The notes beneath the pieces are model-generated. The model was not told where the DNA came from. It searched no databases and worked only from the letters and a program-made list of their open reading frames with translations. Position numbers and translations under genes: made by a program. From Gracilinanus agilis (Eukaryota), in NCBI RefSeq assembly GCF_016433145.1, contig NC_058134.1, positions 306,385,373-306,449,372 of the forward strand: a stretch of DNA of 64,000 bases, read 5' to 3'. Below, piece after piece: positions 36,477 to 51,080 of this stretch (positions within the stretch are counted from its first letter, which is position 1; every line of letters begins with the position of its first letter).

Positions 36477-39400
36477 TTAGCCTTTCATGGAGGGCGGCAG
36501 GATGAGCTCCCGCAGGCAGGGGTCCGGCACAAAGGGGGCCCCGTCGGACAGCTTCAGAGCCTCCTGCAGCTTCTGGTGGTGGCTGGGGCTCAGGCTGGGG
36601 CCCTTGTGGTGGACTCGGATCCAGGGTGTCCCTGGGCAGTGGGGAAGAGAGGAGGAGTTGTCGTCACCCAAGACTGCGGGGCAACCCCCCCGGCTAAAAT
36701 TCCAGCCCCCCGACCAAGGGGGGATTCGGAGCCGGTTAGCACGACGACAGCACCGGGCTCTCCCGGTACCCTGGTCCCAGCCTCCTGGGCCTTTCCGCCA
36801 CTTTCCTTTTTGATCTCAATCCCTTCCTCTCCATCTGCTGCTGCTCCTCTGCCATGGGGCTCAGGCCTCCCTTGCCTGCCCTTGACCAGCTGTGCTGCCC
36901 CCTCCCACTGTTTCCAGGGTCCTTCCGGCCTCATCTCCCACCTGCGTTCCCCTGGAGCTCCCTCAGAGCCTCCTTTCAGGCCTTATCCTCCTGGGCCTCA
37001 GCCGTCCCTCGCACTCAGGGCCAGCTTGCTGACCCTTGGCAAGCCACTGGCCCATTTCTTCGTGGGTGAGGGGGATTAAAAGCACTTTGTCCCCTGTGTG
37101 AGTCTTTAAAGCCCCATCCAGCTGGGAGTTGTTTTCATTAGTAGTTTTTGTCCTTGGGCTTCGGAGAGGCCCTACTCCCTTGGTTCTCCTCCTGCCTCCT
37201 GCCTGCTCCTGGTCTGTCTCCTCAAGCCCTTTCCAGGCCTCTTCAGGCACGTCTCTCCTCCACTCTCCGCAGCATCAGAGGCCAATCTTCCGCTCCTACC
37301 CCAGGCCAGCCTCTCCACCCAGATATTGTATCCTCTCTCTAAATCTGCTCCGTCCTCTGACACACACAGTTCCTTTGTATTGCCGGCCTGGAACACCCTG
37401 GGCACTCTGTGCCCTCCGCCCGGCATGCATGCTCTTCCCATTTCTTAAAGGCTCCAAGGACATTCTCCCCAGCCCCAGCTGGCCTGGTCTGACCCCCAAG
37501 GATGGGACAAGAAGTCCTGCACGAATCCCAGGTCTCTACTGATGTCTGGTCCCGCTCTTCCTCTCCTGGGAGCCCTACTGCCCAGGGAAGGGCACTGTAT
37601 GCAGCAGGGACTTCATATGTGCACTGAATTGAACTTGCTCAGAGTTCTGAGAATGGCTTATAAAGACCAAGGGAGCCCAGAAAAGACCCTGAGAAGGAGA
37701 CAGAATCCGGGGTGGCGGGTAGGAGAGGGGCAAGGAAAGGGCAGCTCGGCCTAGTCTAAGCCAGAGAGGTCATCACACTATAAGGAGGGAGCTCCTGACT
37801 CCTCCCTGGGACAGAGAGCAGCAGGGCGCAGGGCAAGCACCAACTCAGAGGGAGGAGGGCCAGCATCAGGCCAGGAAGTGAGGAAGGGCCCCAGGCTGGT
37901 CAGACGTCAGCAACCACAGATGGGGGAGTAAAGGAAGCAGTTTTACCCAGACCCCAAAGAATTAGGGAAACCGAGTAGGAGGTCAGCTCCCTTGGGCCTC
38001 AATTTCCTTGTCTGAAAAATAAGATTGGGCCACCTGGCCTCTGAGGTGCCTTTTAGTCCTAGAATGGTCCAGTACCCAGGACTAAGGGCAGTGTGGATGG
38101 AGATGGATGGGAAGGACCCTGAGGCAGTCAGGACCCAGAGAAGGCCTGAAAGAATCTGAAGGCAGAGGGGTTTGGCTCAGGCTGGAGCCATCATGCCCAG
38201 GGGGTCTCCTGCAGGGCCCCCACCCCCACCCCGGGCCTCACCTGCACTGAGTCTCTGTCCTATGGTCACCAGCAGCTCCAGCCCCACATCATGGTGGAGG
38301 GGCTCCCCTGCTCGGGTTCGGCCAGCCCCCAGCTCATGGAGGACCTGGGCCAGGGGCAGGGCCTGGATCATCTGTACGGTGCCTGAGGAGGGGAGTTTTA
38401 GGGTGGGGGATAAGAACAAAGGCAGTGATCCAGAGGGGGATGGGGAGGGGAGCCAGCTGGGGCATCTGGAGAGGTGAGGTGGGGAGGAATGACAGGATGT
38501 GAGGCACAAAGGGAACAAGGGAGAAGGGCAGCATGGGACAGGGATGGGGCCAACCATGAAATTAAGGTTCTCACCCTCGGAAGCCGCTCGCAGCTCATCC
38601 TTGAAGGGGGCTGTGGGGAGCAGGCCTTGGCGCTGGGCAGAAGATCCTGAGCACAGGGCTTGGGCCAGGTCCGAGGCCACCCCCTGGGCTTCCAGCATGG
38701 CCTGAAACCGGCCCAAGGCAGAGCCACTGTCCAGCATGGCGCCCAGCTGGGCTACCCCCTTGGTTAAGGTTGGGGCTTGGCCATTCAGCCACAGCAGAGA
38801 TCCTCCTGGGGATGGGGGTTAGGCAGGACCAGTAGGCAGGAGGAACAGAGAGGTTCCTTCCTTCTCTCTTTTTCCCACCCTCTCCCTAGTCCTACCTAGC
38901 TGGGTGACCAGGTCCCGTAAGTCCGTGGGGCCTCCTCCTTCCAGGCACTGTAAGGCCTCCTCTACTTCGAGCCCATGGCCCACACAGCGGCCCAGAGGGC
39001 TATCCATGGTGGTCAATGCAGCTGCCACCCGGATCCCCAGACGGGCCCCTACTCCCACCTGGAGAGAAACATCCTCTGGTCTGGCCACATCTACCCAGCC
39101 CTTACTGATCTCCCTGGAGTCACCAGGGTGCTTGCCCTGAGCCCTCTCTTCCCGGCCTTATCCTCCTCAGATCATCTTCTTAGCCCTCCAGGTTAGAAAG
39201 CCCCTGATCAGCCTGGACTCCTCTCTCCTTTATCTGCCAAATCTAACCAACCATGAAGTCTTCTTGACTTACCTCCACTTATCCGGCCTTCCCTTCCCTT
39301 CTTCCCTCCGCCTTCCCCCTCCCCTCCCACCCCACGCCCCCATCTCAAGCCCCTTTCCCATCATCCCCTTGCCCTCTTCATTCTTCTTTCCTCTCCTTTT

Positions 39401-42400
39401 CTTTGTCCCTCCCCCCAAGGATGACAACAGCCTCTTCTGTCCCGAGAATATTCCTGATGTGGATTTTTATTGCTTCTTAATTTAAAATTTCCCTGCTTAA
39501 GCTCATGCTGTTCGCCCAGGCGATACCTGAATCCACAGTCCTAAACTGACCTCAGAAGCCCTCAGATTCCATGGGCTACAGGCTGCGGTGGGCACCCAGA
39601 GCAGAATCTGAGTCTTTGAAGGATTGCTGCTGCCGGCTGGCACCAGGGGGCAATGCCCCCCTCCTCCTTTAGCATTCCTTTCTTTGACACCCTTGCCTGC
39701 AACTCTCATCTACGTCTGCTGGCCTCTGGTTTGGATTCAGTTTCAGTTCAAATTCAATTTCAATTCAAGAGATGTCCAGATCTCATCCCTTTCTGAGCCA
39801 CTGATTTCCAGGAAGAAGAGTTTCCTTTGTTTTCGGAGTTCCTGCCCACAGTCCCAGAAGCCTCTGGATATGAACGGAGGCTATTTTGGACCAGGAAATC
39901 AGAAATGGGTGAGGAGAGGTCTTCCTGGGCTCCCTCATTTCAGATTTGAGGCACCCATTTCCATTTGAAATTCGAATTTGGAACCAGCACGTTTGTCTTC
40001 CCATGCCCTGCGCTGACCTTGCTTCCAGTTGCAGTCTAGCCTCCCTTCTCTCTGATACTGCTACGTTTCTGGCTACAATCATGGCCCCCTTGCTGTTAAG
40101 TTAGGTAGGGGGCTCCCTGTCTTGGAAGCTATTCAAGCAATGGGTGACAACCCCTTTGTGGAGGGATGTTGTAGAAGAGTCTTGTTCTGGTTGGCACAGA
40201 GGCTGCTGAGGTTCTCCCATCCACGTCTACGCAGGTCCTGGGCAGGTCCCCAAGCCAAACTCAGATGGCTTTTTCTCCACTTGCTGACTGACTTCTTAGT
40301 CTGTTGGGCATCTGCTCCTGGACGCTTTTTCCTTCCTTGGCCTCCGGGACTCTGTTTTCTCCCAGGCTTCTCGTCCCCCTCTGACTTGCTCCACAGCCCC
40401 TTTTCCTGGCTCGCCTTCTCCCCGCCTTTGGAGGCAGCTGCTCCTCAAGGTTGCCCTCCGTCCCCCTCACCCTGGCAGCTCTCTCCCTTGCCAGCATCTC
40501 CTCCCTCTGGTGGCTTAAACTGTTACCTCAATGTAGATGAGCCCCAAACTGCAACCCCAACCACTGTCTGCCTACTGGACCTGCCCACCTTGGGGGTCCT
40601 TAAGCTCACTGAGCCCTGAAACAGGGGTTCTTAACTGGAGTCTCTCGACTCCCATCTGGGCCTAGGGATGGACTTCCTGGAACTGGAAAGGAAGAGAATT
40701 GTTGTTCAGGCATCATTCGGAGACCGAGTCCAGACTCCACCAGCCTGCCAAAGGAGTCTGTGGCTCGGCTCTGCACTGGCCTCATCAGCCTCCCTTCGAG
40801 CGCCCTTGTCCCACTGCCAGCTCTTCTTCCTGCTGACCTCACCTCCCTGTCCATGTCCCTGACATGTCCCTGACAAATCTGCCCTCTCTCCTGCACATCC
40901 AAAGTTCTTGGTCAACATGTGCTTCCTCCCATCTCTGGAATCCATGAACTCTGCATATGTCTAGTCTGGGCAGAGTTGTTGGCATGTTCTCTCCCCCATT
41001 AGAGGCAGCTAGGTGGTTTGGTGGATAAAGCGCTGGGCTTCCAGTCAGGAAGACTCATCTGGCCGGGGACACTTCCTAGCTGTGTGACCTTAGGCAAGTC
41101 ACTTCACCCTGTTTACCTCCATTTCCCCATCTGTAAAATGAGCTGGAGAAGAAAATGGCAAACCACTCCAGGATCTTCACCAAGAAAACCCCCCAAAGGG
41201 CCAAGAAGAATTGACTGAAATGACTGAACAACAGCAAATCACTCCTGACTGGAACCCCAACTTTTCTACTTGGCATTCAAGACCTTCTACACCGGTGCCA
41301 GTCTGCCTTTCTAGCCCATCTGCCACTTTTGTCTTTGGTTCCTTCTGCCTATGCCAGCCTGACCATTTCATGCCTCGGTGCTCCCTCGGTGCCTCCCTCA
41401 CAGATCCACTCCTTTTAACACCCTTCCCTCCATCTCCGCCAAAGTCCTACATATCCACTACTGAGCGTTTGGGGTAGAAGATGGGGAGGAAAGGGGCAAG
41501 AGGGGACGATTCTGCCCCTCAGCTGTAGGTGGTTTCCACTGTGCTGGCAGATTGACGTTAATAATAAAAAGAATAATTAAAATTCTCCCTGACTTTCATG
41601 GCACGTAATCTGATCCTCATGGGCCGCCACAGTGCTGAGAGAAGTGCCCACCCCCCGAAGGACTAGGCTAAGGATTTTTGAAAAGCCTGTGCTGGATATT
41701 GGTTCCCAGGCGGAAGAGCGGTCAGGGCTAGGCAATGAGGTTAAGGGACTTGCCCAGGGTCACCCAGCTAGAAAGTATCTGAGGCCAGATCGGAACCCAG
41801 GACTTCCCATCTCTAGGCCTGGCTCTCCATGCCCTGAGCCAGCCGGCTGCCCCTGGGTTGGTGATTTCATTGGCTCAGGAGGGTCCAGAGGAGGAAACAT
41901 CGAAGGAGTAAGATGAGTGTTTGTGGAATGCGGCAGACTCGGCTCCACTCACTCATTCACTCACCAGGGCCTGGGCCAACTCTCGGGCCCTTTCTTGGCT
42001 TGGGAAGATGGCAGCCTCTCCAAATTTCACATCCACCACGAGGGTTGAGAGCCGCTCCACAGCCTTCTTACTGAGGATGGAGGCTAGAATGGGCAGAGAG
42101 GGGATGGCTGGAGGCAGAGCGCCCCTGAGCAGACTCTAGCAGGGGGTGGGCAGGCGGTCACCTGTGATCAGAGGGAGGCTGTCCACGGTGGCAGTCACAT
42201 CCCGAATGGCATAAAGGATTCCATCTGCAGGGACGAGCTCCCGACTCTGGCCCACGATGCAACAGCCCACACGCTCCAGCAGCTCCTGCATCTGACCTCC
42301 CAGTCAGGGAGGAGCCCCCCAGTGACCGCAGGACCCCGGGCAAGGATGGCCCACCAATCAGTCCCCCGTGATTTCTCCCCTCGGCCATTGATCTCCAATT

Positions 42401-43432
42401 AGGACTGCCCCATTCATTGCCTGCTTAGCAGGGCCCCCAGTCAGGATCCTTTGCCCAATACCTGCTCTGGACTTTGTACCACCGAGAAGCCGGGGATGGC
42501 CTCCAGCTTGTCCAAGGTGCCCCCGGTGTGCCCCAGTCCCCGCCCACTGATCATTGGGACCTGTGTGGAGGAGCCCAGCCCCCAGCCCACCACTGAGGGT
42601 TGAAAACTCCCAGGCTTCCTTCTTCCATAGACTCAGCTCTCATCTGCGGTCTGTGGCTTGAAGGAAGCCCGGGCTGAGGGGGTTCTCAGCCAGCCCACCC
42701 CCAAATTCCGGCCGGCCTCGAGGCGGGCCAGGCTGCTCGGAAAACTGGCCCAAAATGGGAGTGCCGAGCAAAGAGTCGATTGGGGCAAGAAGCACTTAAT
42801 AGGAAGGAGCCCCATTTACGTCCCCCTCCCAGGCTCCCCAGGGATACCTTGAGCCCCCGGGGCCGGGGGCAGGGGGCTGACCTTGCAGCCGCAGGCGGCC
42901 AGAGCAGGTGCCAAGACCAGGCTGACTTTGTCCCCTACACCCCCTGTCGAATGCTTGTCCACCAGCAGCCCTCCCCAGGCCTCGGGCCACTGCAGCTGCT
43001 GCCCAGACTCAGCCAGAGCTCGAGTCAGAATCTCTGTCTCGCCCAGGTCCATGCCTTGTAGTCGGATGGCCATTAACATGGCACCTGCAGGCACAGGGAG
43101 AGCCCTTGGCGCAACAGATTCTGCGCGACTTTGGGGAACCCTTCCAGGGGCTGGGAAGGTGGGATCCCTGGGGAGGCCAGGCCTAGGGTGCTGGCTCTGG
43201 GTCCCGTGGCGGGCAGAGGCAGAGAGGGAGGGGTGTCACCTATCTGCGCCTCCTGCACGGTGCCCTCCGTCAGCCCTTGAACAAAGCTCCGGATCTCTGC
43301 GTCCTCCAGGCGAGCCCCATCTCTCTTCTTCTTAATCAGCTCCGGGATGGTGCTAGGGTTCTGGGGGCTGGAGTCTGGGGGAGGGATGGAGGAGAGGGCC
43401 GAGTCAGAGGGGCCCCAGCACCGAGGGGACAT
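36477..43432 (-). CDS. TYMP: Thymidine phosphorylase, 9 coding exons, ~477 aa (start codon uncertain)
   Basis: Exons: 43240-43432, 42882-43084, 42462-42560, 42162-42291, 41965-42083, 38896-39058, 38575-38805, 38242-38382, 36477-36631; phases match, 1434 nt, no internal stops. Motifs: [86 protein letters not shown]. Confidence 0.96.
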
Positions 43433-44164
43433 CTCGGGCCCTGGACGAGACTGGTGCCCCCCAGGGCCCCTCACCTGGCCCTGTCCGTTGGGTCGCTGCC
43501 ATCCTCGGACTCTGCCAGGAGGAAAAGGCAAAGGTGGAGCCCCTCCAGGCAGTCTTCCCCCCCCCCTGCCTCCCCCCATGGCCACCTCAGCCCTCTCTAC
43601 CTTCTAGCTTGCTCTCCCCTCTCTCAATCTGGGTCTCAGGCCTTCTGGGTCTCTTCACCACCCACCCACTCTCTTCCCTTTCTCTTTTGTACCTTGACCT
43701 TTCACTGGGGATAATGAAGGGGGCGTGTCACAAACTGGACCATTCCTGGAACCTGAAGTGTGGGCGGGACAGAGCAGTGTCCCCGCGTACCAGAGGCCTC
43801 TGCCCCTCACTTTCTTCAAGATTCACTTCCTCAGGGCAGCCAGACCTGGAGATGGAAGGTCCTGGGTTCAAATTTGACACTGGGCAAATCACTTAACTCT
43901 AACCCCCATTGCCTAGCCCTTATCACTCTTCTGAAAAAAAAATCTATATCTATATCTATATCCATATATATCCATATATATATTCACCTCCTCTAAGAAG
44001 CCTTCCTTGCTTGACTAGCCCTGTCATTTGCTCTGAACTTCCTTAGTTTTGGTGAAAATACAAGCCGTTTGATCCCTACAGGGTGCCTTAGAATTGCCTC
44101 TATAGCTTTTTTCTTTCCCTGAGTTCCCATGGAGGCTGAGTAATGGACTGACTGTCTGCTGACC

Positions 44165-44200
44165 AAGAGCCAGCCCAGCCCAGCCCAGCCCAGCCCAGCC
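44165..44200 (+). repeat. (AGCCC)n pentanucleotide microsatellite
   Basis: About seven tandem agccc units. Confidence 0.9.
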
Positions 44201-47200
44201 CAGGAAGCCACTGGAAAGGCAATTGACAAAAAAATCATTCATCCAAAAGAGACCCATTTAAACTTCTGTAACATCCAGAGAGAGCCTTGGCCTCAGCTAG
44301 GGGAGGGAATGCTGGTAAATGTTTAACAGCCCACTGGAAAAAATGTCCATCTACCACACTTGCAAGTTTTATGTGTATACTAACATTTTCTCAATCACTG
44401 AGAAAATATGCAACAATAAAACAAGCTGCCATTGGTTGGTTTCTGAGGCATAAATGTTTACTCAGAAAAGTGAACAATTGGAGGCTCTGGGAGGGGCCAG
44501 GCTGGCTCTAGCCCACCCCTGGCTGGGAGAGATGCATGGTTTACCTCTTACTATCCCTTCCTTCAGGGGCAGCTGGGTGGCTCAGTGGATTGAGATCCAG
44601 GCCTAGAAACTGGAGGTCCTAGGTTCAAGTCCGGCCTCAGACACTACCAGCTGTGTGACCTTGGGCAAGTCACTTGACCCCTACTGCCCACCCTTACCAC
44701 TCCTGGGCCTAGGAAGGTCCCTAGCCTGGATGAAAAAAGGAGGAGGGTTGGGCGTGGGGCTAGCAACCCCACCCTGTAAAAACTACATCTGCTAAAGAAA
44801 CTGCAACCTAAAGTAGGGGCAGCTGGGCTAGCTCAGTGGATTGAGAGCCAGGCCTAGAGACGAAAGGTCCTAGGTTCAAGTCCGGGCTCAGACACTTCCC
44901 AGCTGGGTGACCCTGAGCGACTGTGTGTCCCATTGCCTACTGGTTGTGGCCCTATGCTCCTAGAAATCCCTTCCTTCCTGGAGCTCACAGACTAGGAGAA
45001 GGAGGAGGAGGTGGTGGCAACACAAGGCGAGAGGCACAAAGTGCACCAGTTTAAGGGTATCCACAAGAGGCAAAGGGATGTTGGAGGTCCCAGCATCATT
45101 ACAAACCAGTGGCATTTAAGTAGGGAATAGAAGGAAAGGTGGAAATTCAACAGGGAAAGCCAGAACCCTCTGGGCCTAGGGAACAACCTGAGCAAGGATG
45201 AGGAGGTGAGGTGAGGTCTTTAGGGATCAGAGAGTCACCTCAGATTGTTAAAAGTATGGAGAGAAATATGAGATCAAGCTGGAGAGGTGAGGAGGCAGCA
45301 GGGGATCATTGAAGTCTTCTAAACTGATTTACTATCAGATGATGCTGACAGTTTAGATTAGTTCCTTCCTGCCCCAGAGGAGTAGGAAGAGGACAGAAGT
45401 AGCTTAAATGACTGACAGGTACCTGGGAGGATAGGCTGGCCTCATGGGATCACAGAACATATCCCCATCAGCCAAAGGGATCATCCTTCAAAGAAATTCT
45501 ACCAAGCCTGGTGTTTTGGCTTAGGGCTAGTGTATTCAGTGGTGACTGGGATTTAGACTCAACCTAGCTTAGAGCACTCAGCTCCTTTGGTTTACCTGAG
45601 TTAAAACCTCTAGCTCCCTAATATGTAGGGGCCATCCAGAAATAGTCCTTGCCTGGGAATTGGTTTCCAAATTCTGTAGCTTCATCTCTATGTCCCAGGG
45701 CTGGCAGGGAGGTTCAGGGAGCCTCATATCTTTTTGGTGTAAGTATGTTCCTCATGGTCTATAAGTGATCAATAAATCCCATACTTAGATTAACTTCATG
45801 ACTTGAGCTCCATGCCTCAAAATCAGTATTCCCTTGGCCACTCCCTGACCAGATCTACCCAAAAAGCCATTAATTTCAGCAGCAATAGAGAGAGGTAAAT
45901 ACTCTTGGATGGCCTGGCCAAGCTGGATCTTGGGTGAAACTGTGGAGTTCTACGCTGTTGCTTTCTGTGAGTGGAATCCTTTGTTGAGGTGATCTTACTC
46001 ATAATCTTCTGTCATTCTCTTCCATATTGTTTTGCAAATGAGCTTGTACTCTAAACAGGTAGTTTACTTTGTTGCCATGCCTCCTTGTCTCAGGAAGATG
46101 ATTATTTGCCAAGGCATTTCTAGGCTTACTTAGTATCCTCATTATAGCAACTAATAACCAATCAATAAATATTTATGAATGTTTCCTATGTGCCAGGTAC
46201 TGTGCTAAGTTCTGAGGACACAAAAAGAAGCCAAAAAATAGCTCCTGACCTCCAGAAGCTTATAATCTTTCTTAAAAAAAATTTTTTTTTTTAAAAATTT
46301 AGTTCCAAATTCTCCCTTTCCCTCCATTCCCCTCCCTCACCCACTGAGAAGGCAAGAAAGACAATTCCCATTATACATAAGAAGTCATGCAAAACACATT
46401 TCCTTGTTAGCCCTGTTGTGGGGGGGGAAAGCCAGAAAAAAAAAAGGGAGCGAGGGAGAAGCTGCTTAAATCTGCACTTGAGGTCATCAGCTTACTCTCT
46501 GGAGGGGGAGAGAATTTTTTCTCATGGATCATTGTACTTCTCAGAGGTGCTAGGTCTTCTACAGTTGATTATTGCTACAATATTGCTGATACTGTGTACA
46601 GTGATCACAGAGCTCAGAATCTAATGGGAGAAACTACATGTTAACAAATACATACAAAATAAGCTATATATGGGGGAAGTAGGAAACAGTTAACAGAGGG
46701 AAGACACCAGAATTAAGAGTCATTGGGGCAGGCTTCTAGTAAAAGAAAAGATTTTAGGTTTTTTTGTGATTAAACTTTTCTAAAAGGGAGGAAAAGATAG
46801 TCTCAGTCAGTAACCTTCCTTTTGTTCATTTTTTGGGGTTGATGTTTTTTTTTGTTTTTCTTTTTGTTTTTCAACAGGCTCTGTGATGTTGGGACACCAA
46901 CACCATACTAATCCTTTAGATTCTTAATTTTAACTTTGTCTTTTCTCCTAATTCAGCATTTATTTTAATATTTCTTCTAGTCGACTGATCTAATTGTACC
47001 CATGCTGCTGATGCTGGAAGAGGGGCAGCTGAACATAGAAGAAAGTTCATTGGATTTGGAATCAAAGGACTCAGAGGGTTCAAAAGCTGTCTCTGGCAAT
47101 TAATTGCCTCACCTCCTCAGTTGGTTGCCTCACCTCCTTGGGTCTCAGTTTCCTCATTTGTAAAATAAGAAGGGGTTATACCAACTGGCCTCTGAGGTCC

Positions 47201-47829
47201 TATCCAGCTCCGGATCTAGGATCTTGGGGAAAGGATCACCATGTTGTTTCCAGAATCGGAAGTGGCTAGATTGATGAGCTCAGAGTCTGTCTCATTTGGA
47301 ATCCTCAAACAATATCATGTTCCAACTTCTAAGAGCCTCTCTTTTCTAGTCTGTAATTTAAGAATAACAATGTTAATTTAACTCAAGAAGTTGGGCTGGG
47401 AAAATTCTTTGCAAAATGTAAGGACTTTGAAACATAATTAGTGTGTGTTAAGTTACTCAATGGAAGGAGGCCATTTTGAGGAATAGTGCAATGAAACCCA
47501 TGTCTTGAATGGATATCCATTATTCAAAAGAAAGAGGATAGATGTGAGTGAGGATTAGGAAGGTAGATGGAGGGCAATTAAATGGTTCAGTGGGTTTCAG
47601 AGCCACGCCTAGAGACAGAAGGTCCTGGGTGACCTCTGATACTTCCTAGCTGTGTGACCCTAGGAAAGTCACTTAACCTCCATTACCTAGTTCTTGCGTC
47701 TCTTCTGCCTTGGAACCAATTAAATCTAAGACAGAAGGTAAGGGGTTTTATTTAAAAAGAAAAGATATATGACCCAAAGATCCCAACTATGGAGGAACTC
47801 ACTGTTTGATGAAAACTCCTGAGAAAACT

Positions 47830-49304
47830 TGAAATTAGTCTGACAGAAACTAGGTATACACCACTATCTTACAACATATACCAAGAAAAGCTTCAAATGT
47901 TTAAAGAATTTAGACATAAAGGGTGACGTCATAAGCAAATTTGAGAAGTGTGGAAGAAACGACCTATCCGATATATGATAAAAAGTTCAGGGGCAGCTGG
48001 GTAGCTCAGTGGAGTGAGAGTCAGGCCTAGAGATGGGAGGTCTTAGGTTCAAACCCGGCCTCAGCCACTTCCCAGCTGTGTGACCCTGGGCAAGTCACTT
48101 GACCCCCATTGCCCACCCTTACCAATCTTCTACCTATGAGACAATACACCGAAGTACAAGGGTTTAAAACAAAACAAAACAAAACAAAAAGTTCATGACC
48201 AAACAAGAAATAAAGAAATTCATAGTAGGTCAAATGGACAGTTGTGATTATACACATTTAAAGAGGTTTTGCATAAACAAAATGAATGCAACTAAAATTA
48301 GAAGCAAGAATTTTGGAGAAAAAAATCTTTGCAACCAGTTTTTCTGTAAAGGTTTCATTTCAAAGTGGATAGGGGACAGAATCAAATTTGAATGAATAAG
48401 ACCCATTTACTAATTGATAAGTCATCAAAGGATGTGAATAGACAGTCTTCAGAGGAAGAAATCCAAGCTATCAATAGCCATGTGAAAAATCTTTGTATCT
48501 CAAATAATTAGATAAATGCAAATTGAAACATCTCTGAGGTACTACTTCCCATCTACTTCAGATGGGCAAAGTTAACAAAAATGATAATGTGCAAAACAGG
48601 TACATTAATGAAGTGCTGGTAAAGCTGTGAACTGATACAAAAATTCTGGAAAACAATTTGGAATTATGCCTCCAAAGCTATTAAGTTGTGTGTATTTTTT
48701 ATTTTTTTAACTTATTGGGTTTTTTGTTTTTGTTTTTAATTAATTAATTAAATTAATTGATTTAGAATATTTTTCCATGGTGTGAAAATGGAATTAGCTT
48801 ACCCCTATTCATTCTTTAGACTTTAGCCACCAAGAATATGTTACCCCACCCAACTTAAAATTAAGTGGCAAGTGGGGAAGGTCTATGATCCACATGTGCT
48901 ACTGAAAGACAAATCAAAAGCAAGTGACACCCTGGGCAATCCGAAAGGAGGTTGAAGCTGTCATTTGTCCATGTGGAACTGGAGGGTGGATGCAGAAAGT
49001 GACGCAAAGATCTATCTTTTAAATATGATGGTAACTTCCTGTGAAAGGGATTTTGCCCTTTGAACTTGGCCTTGGAGGAGCTTGGGTTGAAACCTCAGAC
49101 TGCTTTCTCTTGAATTGTCACGTGGGTAAGTTAAGGCTGACTCCTTTTCCTTGGTGTTTCTGGAGGCCCTAGCCTCTCCGAAGAGGCCTCTTGTCTTAGA
49201 GGAGGCCTCGTGGCTAGAAGCTTTGTTTAATTAACCTCTGTGTCCCCCCTTTGCTGGGGCTGCTGAAGCCCTGCCTGGTTCAGGCCTTCAGACCAGGCTG
49301 GAGT

Positions 49305-49350
<46 letters not shown>

Positions 49351-51080
49351 GTCTCTCTCTCTCTCTGTCTCTTTCTCTCTCTTTCATTATCTCATTATCC
49401 CTATCTTCACTCTTCCTATTTGTAAATAAACTACCATAAAAGTCATCCTGATTTGGGTCTTCAATTTGGAATTGGGTAATCAATTCCGGGCGTCCAAACT
49501 CTTAAATATTCAATCCAACTATAATTTTTACCTCTTACAATGGTTACATGATTCATATTCTTTCCCCTCCCATAGCCAACAAACAATTCAACTGGGTTTT
49601 ACATGTATCATTAATCAAGACCTATTTCCATATTATTCATATTTGCAATAGAGTGATCATTTAGAGTCTACCTCCCCAATCATATCCTCATTGAACCATG
49701 TGATCAAACAGTTGTTTTTCTTCTGTGTTTCTGCTCCCTCAGTTCTTTCTCTAGTTGTGAATAGTGTTCTTCTCATAAGTCCCTCAGAATTGTCCTGGGT
49801 CATTGCATTGCTGCTAGTACAGAAGTCCATTACATTCGATGGTGCTACAATGTATCCCTCTCTGTACAATGTTCTCCTGGTTCTGCTCCTTTCACTCTGC
49901 ATCAGTTTCTGGAGGTCTTTCCAGTTCACGTGGAATTCCTCCAGTTTATTATTCCTTTGAGCACAGTAGTATCCCATCACCATCAGCTACCACAATTTGT
50001 TCATCCATTCCCCAATTGAAGGGCATCCTCTCATTTTCTAATTTTTTGCCACCACAAAGAGTGAGATTACAAATATTTTTGTACAAGTCTTTTTCCTTAT
50101 TATCTCTTTGGGGTACAAACTATAAAAATGAAAAATGATAAATGCTGTGATAAATATATAAATTAGTATTTTAATTAAAGCCATGTTGATAGATAAAATC
50201 ATTAGACCACGCGCTTGTAAGCATTCAAAACTGCTGCCTCCATTTTGTCTCCTGTTTCCAGGCCATGGCCTACTCACAAAAAAGACCACCCCTCCTAACC
50301 CACGAGATTTAAGCTCTCCCCTGCGTCAAGACGTCGGAGACGGAAATCAGTTGGACCATGTTGGATCACGGGAAATGTAGTTTTATACATTTCCCAAATT
50401 TCACTTTTTACAAAACCCAACACTGGTCTGGCTGGATCCATGGGTACCTTTTAACCCAATGATACCCTTACCAAGTAAAGAAAGAAGGAGAGGACCCATG
50501 GGTACAAAAATATATCAGTAAAAAGAGCTGAAAAAATATCAAAAGAATTGGAAACTGAGTGAGTGCCTATCAACTGGGGAATGGCTAAACATGTTATATA
50601 TAAATATATATATATATATATAAATGTGATAGAATATTGTGCTATAAGAAACAATGAAGGGGATGATTTTAGAAAAATCTGGAAAGGCTTATGTGAACTG
50701 ATGCAAAGTGAAGTGAGTAGAACCAGGAGAACAATTTCTACAATAACAATACTGTAAGAACAATCAACTTTGAAGTCTTAGGAACTCTGATCAAACAATG
50801 ACACGTTTCAGTTCCAGAGGACTAATGATGAAATCTGCTGCTTACTCTCAGATAGAGAACTGATGGGCTTAGAATACAGAATGAAGTATTCATGTTTCAT
50901 TCCTTTCCTTTTTTTCTCTTTTTTCTTTCTTCCTTTTTTTAGATGTCACTAATGTGGGAATTTATTTTGTTTGATTACATATTTCTTTTGGGTTTTTATT
51001 TTCTTACCTTCTCATCATGTCAGAGTGGTCGAGATAGGAGGGAAACAATCCAGAAGTAAAAAGAAAATAAAATTGAATTT
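47830..51080. mobile_element. Cluster of L1 fragments with nested SINE and LTRs
   Basis: L1 ORF2 pieces ~47830-48690 (+) split by a SINE; L1 3' end ~48720-50120 (-) split by the solo LTR; LTR-like piece ~50145-50430; L1 3' end ~50450-51080 (+). Confidence 0.78.
48781..49539 (+). mobile_element. Solo LTR, same family as 4361-5260, inserted into an L1 3' end
   Basis: TG...CA ends, 4-bp target duplication ATGG on both sides, long similarity to the reverse complement of 4361-5260; contains a (CT)n microsatellite at ~49306-49385. Confidence 0.85.

Noticed and set aside
36213-37079. 288-aa + strand ORF
   Set aside because: Antisense to the TYMP last exon and intron; GC-rich stop-poor sequence with no domain.
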